NCBI GenBank assembly: GCA_051532035.1
Contig: JAOPTW010000016.1
Location: forward strand, 75,184 to 139,183
Source of the DNA: Fibrobacterales bacterium
GTDB taxonomy: Bacteria > Fibrobacterota > Fibrobacteria > Fibrobacterales > JAOPTW01
Direction of reading: 5' to 3'
Length of the DNA: 64,000 nucleotides
Shown: one piece after another, positions 10,694-21,355 of the stretch
Position numbering within the stretch: the first letter of the stretch is position 1
Layout of the letters: every line of letters starts with the position of its first letter
The notes under the pieces: generated by a model
Told to the model about the DNA's origin: nothing
What the model saw: only the letters and a program-made list of their open reading frames with translations
The model's database searches: none
Program-made: the position numbers and the translations under genes

Positions 10694-11413
10694 ATGTTTC
10701 ACCTTACTATGAAAGATGCTACCTACTTTATATCGCTCCTCAATCTGAGTATCATGCTTATCCCCTGTGCTATTGTGGCACTCTTTTACTACCGATGGCA
10801 GCTGAAAGATCAAAAGCCACTCTACTCTCTGACTCGTATGATTGTACAGCTCCTTCTTGTGGGATACTGTCTCAGTTTTATTTTTACTCAACACAACGTG
10901 ATCATCACCCTTGGAGTGGTAGTCATCATGATTCTCTTTGCAACCTGGATTGCCCTCAGAGTTATGCCGGGACGTAAAAAAGAGCTCCTCTTTAAATCCT
11001 TTCTCGCCATCATCCTCTCATTTATTCCCATTTATATCATCACCACCTTTTTTGTTATTAACTTAGATCCTTGGCACAACCCTCGCTATCTTATTCCTCT
11101 TGCAGGAATGATGCTCGCCCGTTCAGTAGATAGCGTCAGCTTGAGCGCTGAACGTTTTTTTAGTGAAAAAGATGCCGGACATGACTACCTCACCTGTCGA
11201 TTTGCGGGATTCAAATCAGCAATGATCCCCACTATAAACTCTCTTGTGGCTGTTGGAATCGTTTTTATCCCTGGAATGATGACAGGACAAATACTCTCGG
11301 GAATCGATCCACTCATTGCAGTACGCTATCAGATACTGGTCATGACAATGATTTTTAGTGTAACCGGCCTCAGTGCAGTCATTTTTCTTAAAATGAATAA
11401 GTTCGAGCGTTAA
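10694..11413 (+). CDS. FetB/YbbM (UPF0014)-family ABC permease
   Basis: RM.VQLL.VG, IPLAGM, PTINSL, PGMMTGQILSG.DP..AVRYQ motifs. Confidence 0.9.
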   Translation: MFHLTMKDATYFISLLNLSIMLIPCAIVALFYYRWQLKDQKPLYSLTRMIVQLLLVGYCLSFIFTQHNVIITLGVVVIMILFATWIALRVMPGRKKELLFKSFLAIILSFIPIYIITTFFVINLDPWHNPRYLIPLAGMMLARSVDSVSLSAERFFSEKDAGHDYLTCRFAGFKSAMIPTINSLVAVGIVFIPGMMTGQILSGIDPLIAVRYQILVMTMIFSVTGLSAVIFLKMNKFER

Positions 11414-11461
11414 CCACCAAAACTTATTTGACTCAGACTCATTTTTGGTATATTTATTCTG

Positions 11462-12157
11462 ATGATAAAAATACCAACTCTCCTTTCGCTTCTCCTTATT
11501 TCGGCTCTCACCCTAGTGATTTGTTCATGCAATAATCCCAGTGACAAACGATACCCAGTTAAGGGAATTGACGTTTCTCACCACCAAGGTGACATTATAT
11601 GGGATAGTATCATCAATCAAAAGATCACCTTTGCCTTTTTAAAAGCAACAGAGGGTGAAAACCACAAAGACACCCGTTTTGAAGAGTATTGGGATGCAAT
11701 TTCCCACAGTTCCATTAAAAAAGGGGCCTACCACTTTTTTAGCTTTTGTAAAGAGGGTGTTGCACAAGCAAAAAACTATATCGCATCCGTAACACTGACC
11801 AGTGGTGACTTACCTCCAGCCGTTGATTTGGAGTTTGCAGGTAATTGTAAAAATGCTTTTGAAACGCCAAAACTTATTGCAGAAATACGTACCTACCTCG
11901 ATAGTATAGAAGGACACTACGGAGTGAAGCCGGTAATATACACCACAAATAAATTTTATAAAGAAGTGATATTTGAGCACTTCAAAGATCAAAACATCTG
12001 GATTCGCAACACTTATTTTAACCCTTCTCTTTCGAATCGTAAAAACTGGATTTTTTGGCAGTATAAAGTAGGGCCTTTTCCCGGTATCGCTGGAGATGTA
12101 GATCTCAATGTCTTTAATGGGTCACTCGAAAAACTGAATAGTTATTGTATCCCATAG
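11462..12157 (+). CDS. GH25 lysozyme/muramidase, probable lipoprotein
   Basis: GIDVSHHQG, KATEG, GAYHFF, DLE, WQY and VDLN motifs. Confidence 0.9.
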   Translation: MIKIPTLLSLLLISALTLVICSCNNPSDKRYPVKGIDVSHHQGDIIWDSIINQKITFAFLKATEGENHKDTRFEEYWDAISHSSIKKGAYHFFSFCKEGVAQAKNYIASVTLTSGDLPPAVDLEFAGNCKNAFETPKLIAEIRTYLDSIEGHYGVKPVIYTTNKFYKEVIFEHFKDQNIWIRNTYFNPSLSNRKNWIFWQYKVGPFPGIAGDVDLNVFNGSLEKLNSYCIP

Positions 12158-12693
12158 CGTTTATCAAGATAATCAAAAAGTTTTTGATACTCCTCTCTCC
12201 GAGGAACAAAGTCCAAACTATCATTCATTAATCTCTCTAATATCGAATAGTGACGCCATGTCACCTCAGTAACCTCTTCGACCTGTAATGAGAGTGATTC
12301 CAGAACCACCTCTTTCTCTACGAGATAGACATACTGAAATACCTGTTCAAAGAGGACAGGTGTCCGAAGAGACGTTTGTACGGCAAAGAGAAAGGTCAAG
12401 TCTGATTCAGTAATTTCAAGCCCAATTTCTTCTGAAACTTCTCGCACTGCACTCACGGTAAGAGTATCACTGTCAACCACATGACCTGCAGCACTCAAGT
12501 CCCAGAGGCCCGGGTAGATTTCGGCATCGGCAGAGCGCTTTTGAAAGAGCAACTCACCTTTGGTATTCACTATCCAAACATGTACGGTTGCATGCCAGTC
12601 ACCACCGATATGGGCATCACGACGACTCTTAAACTGATCAGTTGGTTTTCCGCTCTCTGTATATATTCTCAGTTGCTCATCTAGTGCCATCAT
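12142..12693 (-). CDS. NUDIX hydrolase (IPP-isomerase-like)
   Basis: H..VHVWI, QKRS, PGLWD.SAAGH and AVREVSEEIG motifs. Confidence 0.88.
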   Translation of the reverse strand: MMALDEQLRIYTESGKPTDQFKSRRDAHIGGDWHATVHVWIVNTKGELLFQKRSADAEIYPGLWDLSAAGHVVDSDTLTVSAVREVSEEIGLEITESDLTFLFAVQTSLRTPVLFEQVFQYVYLVEKEVVLESLSLQVEEVTEVTWRHYSILERLMNDSLDFVPRREEYQKLFDYLDKRYGIQ

Positions 12694-12824
12694 TCCCTCC
12701 ATTACCCTCATTCTCCTCAAAAAACAGCCAAAAAAGGAGATCTCAGCATTAATCTAGGTAATTTTTTATTTTTCTTCTCAAAACAGTATCACATTCTCCC
12801 GGTCCTACCGTTTTACTTACAGAT

Positions 12825-13307
12825 ATGAATAATAGACAACTAGAGAACCTATTTATGCAGTTTTCACCCCTTGCATTTTCTGTAAGTGTCTCAGTCCTCC
12901 ATTCCCGTGAAGAGGCTGAAGATGTTGTACAAGAGCTCTTTCTTAATCGAGTGCCCAAAATGATAGATCGCTATAGCGATGTCAGCCCCGAAGAGATGGG
13001 CCGAATTATTGCTCGCAGTGCCAAAAACCTATCGATAGACATGTTTCGTAAAAAAAGACGCTACCCAGAACAACAAATTGGTGAGACTGATGCTGTAACC
13101 CAGGTTGAGAACCCAGCAGAGACTCCCGAGGTGACGACACTCCTCAATGCTGTGAACGAAACCGATCGAGAAGTCCTCACCCTTAAATATCTTAACAAGC
13201 TCACTTGGACCCAAGTTGCAGAAACTCTCGGTCTCTCCGAAGTAGGTTCACGTAAACGGGGACGCATTGCCCTTGAACGCATCAAAAATTTGGTTAAACG
13301 AGGGTAA
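12825..13307 (+). CDS. ECF sigma factor (triad 1)
   Basis: AEDVVQELF and KNLSID.FR (region 2); REVL.LKY...T..QVAE.LG (region 4). Confidence 0.88.
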   Translation: MNNRQLENLFMQFSPLAFSVSVSVLHSREEAEDVVQELFLNRVPKMIDRYSDVSPEEMGRIIARSAKNLSIDMFRKKRRYPEQQIGETDAVTQVENPAETPEVTTLLNAVNETDREVLTLKYLNKLTWTQVAETLGLSEVGSRKRGRIALERIKNLVKRG

Positions 13308-13308
13308 T

Positions 13309-14082
13309 ATGAAACAAAAACCACTCAGTGATATTGACCTTCAGCTCTTTCTTGCCAAAGCACTTCCTTTGCGTAAACGGCTGTATATCCGAATCCTACT
13401 CCTCCTTTCTCCGGAACTTCAAAAACAGTATGCAACCATAGTTGCAGAGAATGCCACTTTTATGAACCGAGAACAACCGAGGCTCCACCAATCTCTCTTT
13501 GGAAAAAGTACCAAGAGTGCTCCTACCCCAAAAACATCTCTTTTTATGGTTCCATGGTTAAAACCAGCCCTCTCCTTTGCCCTTGTAGCGCTTATTGCAC
13601 TCCCAATGGTTACTACCTATATGGCAACAAACACTCATTCTCCAGGTCAACCCTACTACGCCTCAAAGGGCTCAGGACTTGGGGTTTCACTCTACAAAAA
13701 AGAGAAAGAGTACACACTCCTGAGTGATAGCCATATCACTCTCAACATTTCTGACACACTCCAGCTCATGCCTATGGGAACTTCCGATCAGTTTGTTGCG
13801 CTCTACACACTCCATAATAACACCCTCTCTCGCATCTACCCCGAAGAAGCCCAGGTACTGACGCTCTTTAATGAACAAACACTCCCTCCGTCGCTCATTT
13901 TTGATGGTGATACGACACGACTCATTGCCGTTACTGCCGAAACACAACACGCTCTCACCCAAGTCGAACAGATCATTGCAGGCTTTACCTCAGGTTACGC
14001 TCAGACACCCCCACTCTCGCACCTTGTTGACAACATCTACATACAACCATTTCTTATTACTTTAGAGGTACCCCATGATTAA
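13309..14082 (+). CDS. Putative single-TM anti-sigma factor with extracytoplasmic beta domain
   Basis: Follows the ECF sigma; N-terminal helical segment, one TM (ALSFALVALIALPMV), SKG motif after the TM. Confidence 0.65.
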   Translation: MKQKPLSDIDLQLFLAKALPLRKRLYIRILLLLSPELQKQYATIVAENATFMNREQPRLHQSLFGKSTKSAPTPKTSLFMVPWLKPALSFALVALIALPMVTTYMATNTHSPGQPYYASKGSGLGVSLYKKEKEYTLLSDSHITLNISDTLQLMPMGTSDQFVALYTLHNNTLSRIYPEEAQVLTLFNEQTLPPSLIFDGDTTRLIAVTAETQHALTQVEQIIAGFTSGYAQTPPLSHLVDNIYIQPFLITLEVPHD

Positions 14083-15871
14083 ACAGGTTATACTCTCGAT
14101 CGCCCTCACCACCTTAATGCTCACGGCATCACCACAGTGGGTCAAAGTAAACGTTATTGTGGCGAGTAAAAGCGGACTCTCTCATGACACTGAACTTCGG
14201 TACGCCTATAATGATGCAAAGAAAATGCGTTCCACTCTTGCAGAGCTCAGTGATGTAGACCCCAAAAATAATTTCCTTATTACCACCGAATCAACTACAG
14301 ACCTTCGAGAAAAGCTCAGCTATATTAGTGAACGTATAACAAAGCTTAAGCAGAAGCACAAAGTCCTCCTTCAGTTTTATTACTCTGGCCATGGTTCAGG
14401 GAGCAGTTTTCATATTGGTAATGAAAAGTTCCTCTTTAAAGAGGTTAAGTCGCTCCTTAATACAACACAAATAGATACCCGCATTTTTATTCTCGATGTC
14501 TGTTTTGGGGGAACCTTCCTCAACTCCAAAGGGTTTACCAAAGCAAAGCCCATCTCAATCAATCTCGATGTTAATGACGCTACTCAAGGTGAGGTAATTA
14601 TTAGTTCATCAGCAGTAAACGAACAGGCCTATGAAATTGAGTCACTTGAAGGGTCGGTCTTTAGTACCAACTGGATTATGGGACTCCGTGGGGCGGGTGA
14701 TAAAAACGGTGATGGACAAGTATCACTCTTTGAAGCGTACAATCACGCCTATGATCACACCGTAAACTACACCTCACAAACCTTGCAAAAACCGCAGCAC
14801 CCCTCATACAACATGGACCTCACTGGTGCTCACGACATTGTACTCACCAAGCCAACTCTCTCGGCAAATGGCATCGTATTTGACAACTGCCCCAAAGGAA
14901 TCTACACAATCTACAACGCGTCTCATTACCACACTATCGGTGATGTCCGCATATCTGATTCAGGGCAATTCTTTCTCGCACTCCAACGGGGGAGTTATTC
15001 TATTACCACTCCAAATAGTGATGGACGTATAATGGAAGCATCGATTAGTGTAACCACCAATCTAACAGAGGTGACCTATAGCGAGTTTTCTCCCAAGAAA
15101 GAATCGGCTATTATACACAAACGAAAAGGTTCTCGCCTCAGTGCCTTTAAACCAGATTTTGCAACACGGCTCGTAACAAACTCAGGCGTCACTCTCTACA
15201 AAGGCTTTGGCTACCACTCTCTTTCGGGCATCACCCAAAGCCTCAATGCTCAAAATGACATTGAAGATCTATTCGATATTAACCCAAGCTACGTTCCAGA
15301 CGAGACGATCTACGACAATTTTGGCATTAATCTGGTACTCTCTACAGGCAACTGGGGCATCGCGGGCCACATTGAAGGATACAACCAAAAAGTTTCAATG
15401 CAAGGCAAAGGAACTGAACCCACGCAGGAACCCCAAGAAGATCTTGATGTATTTGCAAGTGGCTCTGTTGAATTATTCCACATAGAAATTGGTATCGCAT
15501 TTCAAAAACGTATTTTTCTAGAGCAAGCCCATCGAATCGATGGAGAACTCGGTGCCTCATTTGTAGGAGAAAGTTACGACCACGCCTGGAGTTATGAGCG
15601 AAAAGCGATGCTCTTCTCCAAAGAAAAATATGACTATAGAGCAAGTATGAGTGGCAGTCGATATCATATTGCTGCACGATATCGATATCACCTTGAGACG
15701 GCACTTAATCTTGCCATTGGAGCAAAACTGAGCGCCTACCTTCTCGACTTAAAAACTAACAATATTCCTACTGGCGAAAATGCAACGGTCTTTCATAAAC
15801 TCAATGGCCACTCATTTGTACCCGGTATAAAACTCGACCTACTCTTTTTCATTGGACCACGGAGGATTTAA
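14075..15871 (+). CDS. Exported caspase-family (peptidase C14) protein with probable C-terminal beta-barrel
   Basis: Signal peptide; LRYA..DA, FYYSGHG (His), ILDVC (Cys), E...GSVF...GLRG.GD; C-terminal alternating beta-strand pattern. Confidence 0.85.
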   Translation: MIKQVILSIALTTLMLTASPQWVKVNVIVASKSGLSHDTELRYAYNDAKKMRSTLAELSDVDPKNNFLITTESTTDLREKLSYISERITKLKQKHKVLLQFYYSGHGSGSSFHIGNEKFLFKEVKSLLNTTQIDTRIFILDVCFGGTFLNSKGFTKAKPISINLDVNDATQGEVIISSSAVNEQAYEIESLEGSVFSTNWIMGLRGAGDKNGDGQVSLFEAYNHAYDHTVNYTSQTLQKPQHPSYNMDLTGAHDIVLTKPTLSANGIVFDNCPKGIYTIYNASHYHTIGDVRISDSGQFFLALQRGSYSITTPNSDGRIMEASISVTTNLTEVTYSEFSPKKESAIIHKRKGSRLSAFKPDFATRLVTNSGVTLYKGFGYHSLSGITQSLNAQNDIEDLFDINPSYVPDETIYDNFGINLVLSTGNWGIAGHIEGYNQKVSMQGKGTEPTQEPQEDLDVFASGSVELFHIEIGIAFQKRIFLEQAHRIDGELGASFVGESYDHAWSYERKAMLFSKEKYDYRASMSGSRYHIAARYRYHLETALNLAIGAKLSAYLLDLKTNNIPTGENATVFHKLNGHSFVPGIKLDLLFFIGPRRI

Positions 15872-15873
15872 TT

Positions 15874-16626
15874 ATGCGGATTCTATTACTATTAGTACCA
15901 TTAATATATACTCTACTCTTGTTGGGATGTGCAGAATCATATGACACAACTACTGTCGAACAAGCCGACGACCCATCAATCATCAGAACACTCAACTACA
16001 CCTATCTCGGGTCAAAAATTTTTCCACTCGAGCACTCAAACAATTACACCTATAATTTTGTGCAATATGACTCTGAAGGTACTAAGACTGACTCAACCAA
16101 AAATTTCCGTTTCGAAATATCATCCTATTCTCAAGGCCCCGATGACAGTTTTCTTTTCGGCATGCCAGGCAACGAAGCGGACATTCTCCAATGGAAAGGC
16201 GAGTCGTATTCTGTAGAGGAACGGGGAGTCTATATTATTGGTCGCTACGATACAAAGCAAAAACGAGAAATTTCCACAGAACCTGAACCGATATTTTGGC
16301 TTCCTCAGTCCCCCGAAAAAGGGGTACGTACTCTAGGAGATGACTATACCATTGAATACCTCGGCAGCGACTTCCCCTATATAATGAGTGTCGACAACTG
16401 CAGCCGTCCGGTACTCGAAGAGGCATTGCTCTTTAAAGAAGAGGCCGGAGACTTCACCAACTATTACTACATCAAAAAAGGTGTTGGCATATTGGGCTGG
16501 GAGAAATACTATAAGGGTACCCTCACCGACATAGCAGTACTCAATAATATGAATTTTCAAACCGAAGATGAGGACGAATTCTACGCACCAAACCACTGTT
16601 ATGAAGACGAGTACTACTATGACTAG
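15874..16626 (+). CDS. Hypothetical lipoprotein
   Basis: Lipobox LLGC; 2 bp after the caspase stop. Confidence 0.75.
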   Translation: MRILLLLVPLIYTLLLLGCAESYDTTTVEQADDPSIIRTLNYTYLGSKIFPLEHSNNYTYNFVQYDSEGTKTDSTKNFRFEISSYSQGPDDSFLFGMPGNEADILQWKGESYSVEERGVYIIGRYDTKQKREISTEPEPIFWLPQSPEKGVRTLGDDYTIEYLGSDFPYIMSVDNCSRPVLEEALLFKEEAGDFTNYYYIKKGVGILGWEKYYKGTLTDIAVLNNMNFQTEDEDEFYAPNHCYEDEYYYD

Positions 16627-16711
16627 GTACAGCACTCTCTAAGCCCTGTCAATAAGTGTCACTGTACAAGAGTTACCTTTACTATGTTTGACACAGTAAA
16701 GGAGTTCTTCT

Positions 16712-18043
16712 ATGACCACTCACCCCCTCGTACTAACTATTCTGCTACTTCTGAGTATCAATCTTATAGTACTGATCATTGTACTTATTAAAACAAAAGC
16801 ATCCTCTGCCCAAAAACCTATCGAACAGTTTTCTGATACTATTACGCAACTCCTCCACGACTCATTTAATCAAAACCGAAACGACAGCCTCCAACGCGCA
16901 TCACTCCAGCGAGAAGAACTGAGCAACAGCCTCCAACGAGTCTCTGACTCTCTCTCACAGCGACTTTCAGAGAGTGCCACTCAGCAAAAAGAGCAACTCG
17001 AGCTATTCTCTAATGTTCTGCAGAGCCTTACCAATGCCAACGAAGCACGCTTTACCGAACTCAACACAACTCTGAGTGAAAAAATCACCGCCCTTCAGAC
17101 AGACAACAACAAAAGGCTCGACCTCATCAACCATACTGTGGATGAAAAGCTCCACAAAACACTCGAACAACGCCTCGGTCACTCATTCAAACTCGTTTCC
17201 GAGCAATTAGAAAAAGTGCAAAAAGGGCTCGGTGAAATGCAGACACTCGCTCATGGTGTCGGTGACCTCAAGCGAGTCTTAACCAACGTAAAAACAAAAG
17301 GAGTACTGGGTGAATATCAGCTCGCCAACATCTTAGAGCAACTCCTCACTCCTGCACAATACGAACCCAATGTTAAAACTAAAAAAGGGAGTGATGCCAT
17401 TGTTGAATATGCTATCAAACTTCCGGGCAGGCAGGAGACCAATGAAACCGTTTGGATCCCTATCGATGCCAAATTCCCCACGGAACATTATCAAGAACTC
17501 CTTATGGTGTACGAAGCCGGAGACAAGGCGGAGATTGCTACTGCTCAGAAAGCCCTCTATAAAACCATACGCCTGTGTGCCAAAGATATCCATACGAAAT
17601 ATATCGACCCACCCCACACAACGGATTTTGCAATTCTGTTTCTCCCCATCGAAGGACTCTATGCCGAGGTGCTCCGAGACCACCAACTCTTTCAGACCCT
17701 TCAACGAGATTACCATGTAATAGTCGCTGGCCCCACTACCCTCTCGGCACTGTTAAATTCACTGCAGATGGGCTTTAAAACCCTCGCTATTGAAAAGCGC
17801 TCGAGTGAAGTATGGAACATTCTTGGGACCGTCAAAACTGAGTTCAATAAATTCGGCACCATTCTCGATAAAACTCAAAAGAAACTTGATGAGGCGAGTA
17901 AAACCATTGAGTCAGCGGGTGTCCGCACTCGTGCCATTGAACGAAAACTCCGGGATGTAGAAGAGCTCCCCCTTCAACAAGAAGCTCAATCATTTACCGA
18001 TATTCTCCCCTCTCCCTCAGAATTAGAGACCATTGACGACTAA
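16712..18043 (+). CDS. rmuC: DNA recombination protein RmuC
   Basis: N-terminal TM, coiled coil, KTKG.LGE.QL, IDAKFP, FLP.EGLYAE and GPTTL motifs. Confidence 0.92.
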   Translation: MTTHPLVLTILLLLSINLIVLIIVLIKTKASSAQKPIEQFSDTITQLLHDSFNQNRNDSLQRASLQREELSNSLQRVSDSLSQRLSESATQQKEQLELFSNVLQSLTNANEARFTELNTTLSEKITALQTDNNKRLDLINHTVDEKLHKTLEQRLGHSFKLVSEQLEKVQKGLGEMQTLAHGVGDLKRVLTNVKTKGVLGEYQLANILEQLLTPAQYEPNVKTKKGSDAIVEYAIKLPGRQETNETVWIPIDAKFPTEHYQELLMVYEAGDKAEIATAQKALYKTIRLCAKDIHTKYIDPPHTTDFAILFLPIEGLYAEVLRDHQLFQTLQRDYHVIVAGPTTLSALLNSLQMGFKTLAIEKRSSEVWNILGTVKTEFNKFGTILDKTQKKLDEASKTIESAGVRTRAIERKLRDVEELPLQQEAQSFTDILPSPSELETIDD

Positions 18044-18175
18044 CAAGCTTTTTCTCTCTAAATAGCGGTATTTTTAAAATGAAAAATGGGTCATAGGGTT
18101 TCGAAAAGTCTCTTAAAATTGTCAAAGGAGACTAACTTAGCTATCTTTTGTCCATTATTGTTTGGTAGTTGACTC

Positions 18176-18862
18176 ATGAAATTAACACTGTATAGCTCTC
18201 TCTTACTCCTTTTGCTTCTTGGATGTTCTTATGTACCTCCAAACTACTCTTCAATGCTTATCGGATCTCAGAATCCCAAAAACACCGTTCAAAGTAATAT
18301 CGGTTTTAGTGGTACCAATTTAGGAGTCAATATTGGGAAGCCCAATCAAGCAGACTCAGCAGCAATTGCGGGATACCCCAAAACAACGTTTACCCAAAGT
18401 CTCTTTTCCATGGACTACTTTATTAATACTGAAATGTTCCATATAGCCCCCAACCTCTCCAACACCAATACCTCCCTTGGTCTCGGTATCGATTACGACG
18501 ACACCTTTCTTATCGTGGTTACCCCTGGTGTCCATTTTACGGGTAAAAGTGGTACCAATTTATACCCCACCTCTTTAAACATCAAAAAGGATTACTTTGT
18601 TAACCTCCATACCAGTGTGAATCTCTCAAGTACCAAAGGCAATATCATCCTCCTTTCGAATGATGTTTTTCAGAGTCAATTTATCGAAACAAATCGCTTC
18701 CAAGAGTTTTCAAATCGGGTCACTCCCTACATGAACAAACTCGCCCTCTCACTCTTTTTCTATGACCGTTCTGTCTTTGCCGGCCTTGAACTCAGTATTC
18801 TCAACAGTTACGACTTTGACTATTATGGTGCAGGGGTTGTGTTCACCTTTGGATTCCAATAA
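18176..18862 (+). CDS. Hypothetical lipoprotein, possibly outer-membrane beta protein
   Basis: Lipobox LLGC; C-terminal GVVFTFGFQ. Confidence 0.65.
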   Translation: MKLTLYSSLLLLLLLGCSYVPPNYSSMLIGSQNPKNTVQSNIGFSGTNLGVNIGKPNQADSAAIAGYPKTTFTQSLFSMDYFINTEMFHIAPNLSNTNTSLGLGIDYDDTFLIVVTPGVHFTGKSGTNLYPTSLNIKKDYFVNLHTSVNLSSTKGNIILLSNDVFQSQFIETNRFQEFSNRVTPYMNKLALSLFFYDRSVFAGLELSILNSYDFDYYGAGVVFTFGFQ

Positions 18863-18881
18863 CCCCATTCCAACCCCTTTA

Positions 18882-20423
18882 TCAAAACATCACCTGACTA
18901 TACTTTCTATCGAGGCTTCGATATTGTAATGCTTCTGAAAGATGGTTTGCCTCAATCATATCACTCTCTGCCAAATCGGCTATTGTGCGAGCCACTTTTA
19001 ATATTCTATCATACGCCCGCGCCGAAAAACCCATTTTTACCGTTGCAATCTTTAAAATTTCCTGTGCGTCCGCACCAAGCATACAATGAGTGCGTATTAA
19101 GCGCCCCTGCATATGCGCATTGCAAAACACTCCAGGCACATCTACAAATCGATGACGCTGTATCTCTCGCGCCCTCTGCACTCTCGCACGAATAGACACA
19201 GACGATTCCCCCTCCTCTTTTTTGCTCATCTCTTGATAGTTGAGAGCCCCAACAGACACATGAATATCAATTCTATCAAGAAGTGGCCCAGATATTTTAT
19301 TCATATACCGAATCACTTCATTTTCGCTGCAAGTGCAGGGCTGACTCGGATCACCATAGTACCCACAGGGGCATGGATTCATCGCCGCCCCAAGCATAAA
19401 CCGCGAGGGATAAGTCACCGTCATTGCCGTTCGAGAGATAGTGACCACATTATCTTCAAGGGGCTGACGCAACACTTCAAGTACCGGTTTTGAAAACTCT
19501 GGCAATTCATCCAAAAAGAGCAGCCCATTATGAGCTAAACTCACCTCACCTGGTCTTGGATAAGTACCGCCACCCACAAGCGATGTATTAGAAACGGTAT
19601 GATGCGGGCTCCTAAAAGGGCGATCTACAATGAGTGACTCAAAACCCTTAAATAGCCCTGCCCCACTATGAATCGTGGTAGTCTCAATAGCCTCTTCTTT
19701 TGTCATATCCGGAAGTATCGATGGGATCCTGCGAGCACACATACTCTTACCCGTCCCTGGCGACCCTAATAGTAAAAAGTTATGAGCCCCCGAGGCAGCG
19801 ATCTCTAACGCTCGACGAGTTACCTCTTGCCCTTTCACATCACTAAAGTCCAACGCATACTGTTTACTCGGCTCGAGATCACTCGGAAGCGACACTACCT
19901 TATGCACATCTCCTTCGCCACCCAGTACATCAATACAATCCTTGATATTCCCCACACCATAGACATCGACGCCATCAATAATTGCAGCCTCTGCAGCACT
20001 GGCTCTCGGAAGGATCATAGACTTAAAGCCATGCTTTTTGGCAAAAATAGCAATAGAGAGCGCCCCCTTTATACGCTTCACATCACCACACAGAGAAAGC
20101 TCTCCTAAAATAAGTGTTTTATCGAGCTCAATAAAGGGAATCTGCTCTGATGACATCAGCATCCCTACTGCAAGAGGAAGGTCAAAAGATGACCCCTCTT
20201 TTTTAACATCTGCCGGGGCCATATTTATGGTGGTTCGTTTATTATAGATTTGATAACCAAAGTTTTTTAGGGCAGCACTCACTCTATCCCGCGACTCTCG
20301 CACCGCAGAGTCAGGGAGCCCAACAAGAGTAAAGCCCGGCATCCCATCTCTACAATCAACCTCAATTAGTATCTCAAAGGCTTCAATCCCCCACAGCGCT
20401 GCAGCTTTAATTATAGAGATCAT
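18882..20423 (-). CDS. comM: ComM/YifB Mg-chelatase-like AAA+ helicase
   Basis: VGLPD.AV.ESR.RV, G.PGTGKSM, RPFRSPHH, GEVSLAH.G.LFLDE, AMNPCPCG and SGPLLDRID motifs. Confidence 0.95.
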   Translation of the reverse strand: MISIIKAAALWGIEAFEILIEVDCRDGMPGFTLVGLPDSAVRESRDRVSAALKNFGYQIYNKRTTINMAPADVKKEGSSFDLPLAVGMLMSSEQIPFIELDKTLILGELSLCGDVKRIKGALSIAIFAKKHGFKSMILPRASAAEAAIIDGVDVYGVGNIKDCIDVLGGEGDVHKVVSLPSDLEPSKQYALDFSDVKGQEVTRRALEIAASGAHNFLLLGSPGTGKSMCARRIPSILPDMTKEEAIETTTIHSGAGLFKGFESLIVDRPFRSPHHTVSNTSLVGGGTYPRPGEVSLAHNGLLFLDELPEFSKPVLEVLRQPLEDNVVTISRTAMTVTYPSRFMLGAAMNPCPCGYYGDPSQPCTCSENEVIRYMNKISGPLLDRIDIHVSVGALNYQEMSKKEEGESSVSIRARVQRAREIQRHRFVDVPGVFCNAHMQGRLIRTHCMLGADAQEILKIATVKMGFSARAYDRILKVARTIADLAESDMIEANHLSEALQYRSLDRKYSQVMF

Positions 20424-20716
20424 ACCAGTTCCAGTTGAGGAGAAGTCTCACAACCCAGAAGTGAATGATGTTCATAGGCCGCTACAACCTGAGATTGTAT
20501 CTCTTTAATAAGGCCTGCCGATAAAAAGTTGTAGGCACTCATAGGGGTATCCTGCTTTAACTCTGGAAGTTTTAAATGAAACCCCAACCCCGTCTTAAAA
20601 AGCTTGAGCCCTCTCAGCACTAGTTGATTGTTAATCGAAACATCAGTCGTTCCTTTAAAGGTACTCCCAAAATAAGCGGGAAACGGTTTGAATGTCAGTA
20701 CTCGTATTTGTATCAT
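20420..20716 (-). CDS. Divergent SpoVG-like protein
   Basis: Aligns by eye with the two upstream paralogs (KG...V.IN.QL.L.GLK.F...G..L..P); overlaps the comM start. Confidence 0.6.
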   Translation of the reverse strand: MIQIRVLTFKPFPAYFGSTFKGTTDVSINNQLVLRGLKLFKTGLGFHLKLPELKQDTPMSAYNFLSAGLIKEIQSQVVAAYEHHSLLGCETSPQLELV

Positions 20717-20724
20717 AATATCTC

Positions 20725-21009
20725 CTACACCACTTTTTCTAAAACATTTGAATATTCATTCAATACTTCGCACTCGACATACTCTCTAAAATCCTTTTTC
20801 ACCGGATAAAAGATCTGTCGAAATTCTTCACCCTTCTGGGTAAACTCCACAGGGTACGAAACAAAAAGTCCATTACTCCCATCATACACCCTGAGGTTCG
20901 TCAACTGTAATACATCATTGAGTACTACTCGGGCAAGAGCCCTAAGCCGCCCTTCAGATCGGCTCACGGGAAAAATTGAAATATGCGTTATTTTTAACCC
21001 TTCATTCAT
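20725..21009 (-). CDS. spoVG: SpoVG-family protein
   Basis: IT.I.IFP, LRA.A.V.LND...L..LRV.DG.NGLFVSYP and F..I.YP motifs. Confidence 0.85.
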   Translation of the reverse strand: MNEGLKITHISIFPVSRSEGRLRALARVVLNDVLQLTNLRVYDGSNGLFVSYPVEFTQKGEEFRQIFYPVKKDFREYVECEVLNEYSNVLEKVV

Positions 21010-21017
21010 GTCGCCCC

Positions 21018-21299
21018 CTATGCTGCTACTGCATTTTGCTCAAACTCTTTCAGTACTGCTTCTTGGATATACTCTTTAAAATCTCTGGTAATAGGATTGT
21101 AAATCGAACGATACTCTTCACCCTCTTTTTTGGGTTCACTCGGATAGGCTACAAAAAGCCCATTGATACTATCATAGATTCTTAGACTACTTAAAGTAAT
21201 TTGATCATTGAGTACTACTCGAGCAAACCCCTTGAGTTTACCTTTTGATTCTGTTAGGGGAAATACATTAAGTTTTGTAATTAAAAGTTGTTGTGACAT
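21018..21299 (-). CDS. spoVG: SpoVG-family protein
   Basis: LKGFA.V.LND...LRI.D..NGLFVAYPS and YRSI.NPIT motifs; AGGAGG RBS before ATG 21299. Confidence 0.88.
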   Translation of the reverse strand: MSQQLLITKLNVFPLTESKGKLKGFARVVLNDQITLSSLRIYDSINGLFVAYPSEPKKEGEEYRSIYNPITRDFKEYIQEAVLKEFEQNAVAA

Positions 21300-21355
21300 C
21301 ACTGCCTCCTTGTATAGTTTATTGGTTATGTCAAACTCTGACGAATATCCACTTA

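Noticed and set aside
11462..12157. GH25 lysozyme as a phage endolysin
   Set aside because: It has an export signal and no holin or phage context.
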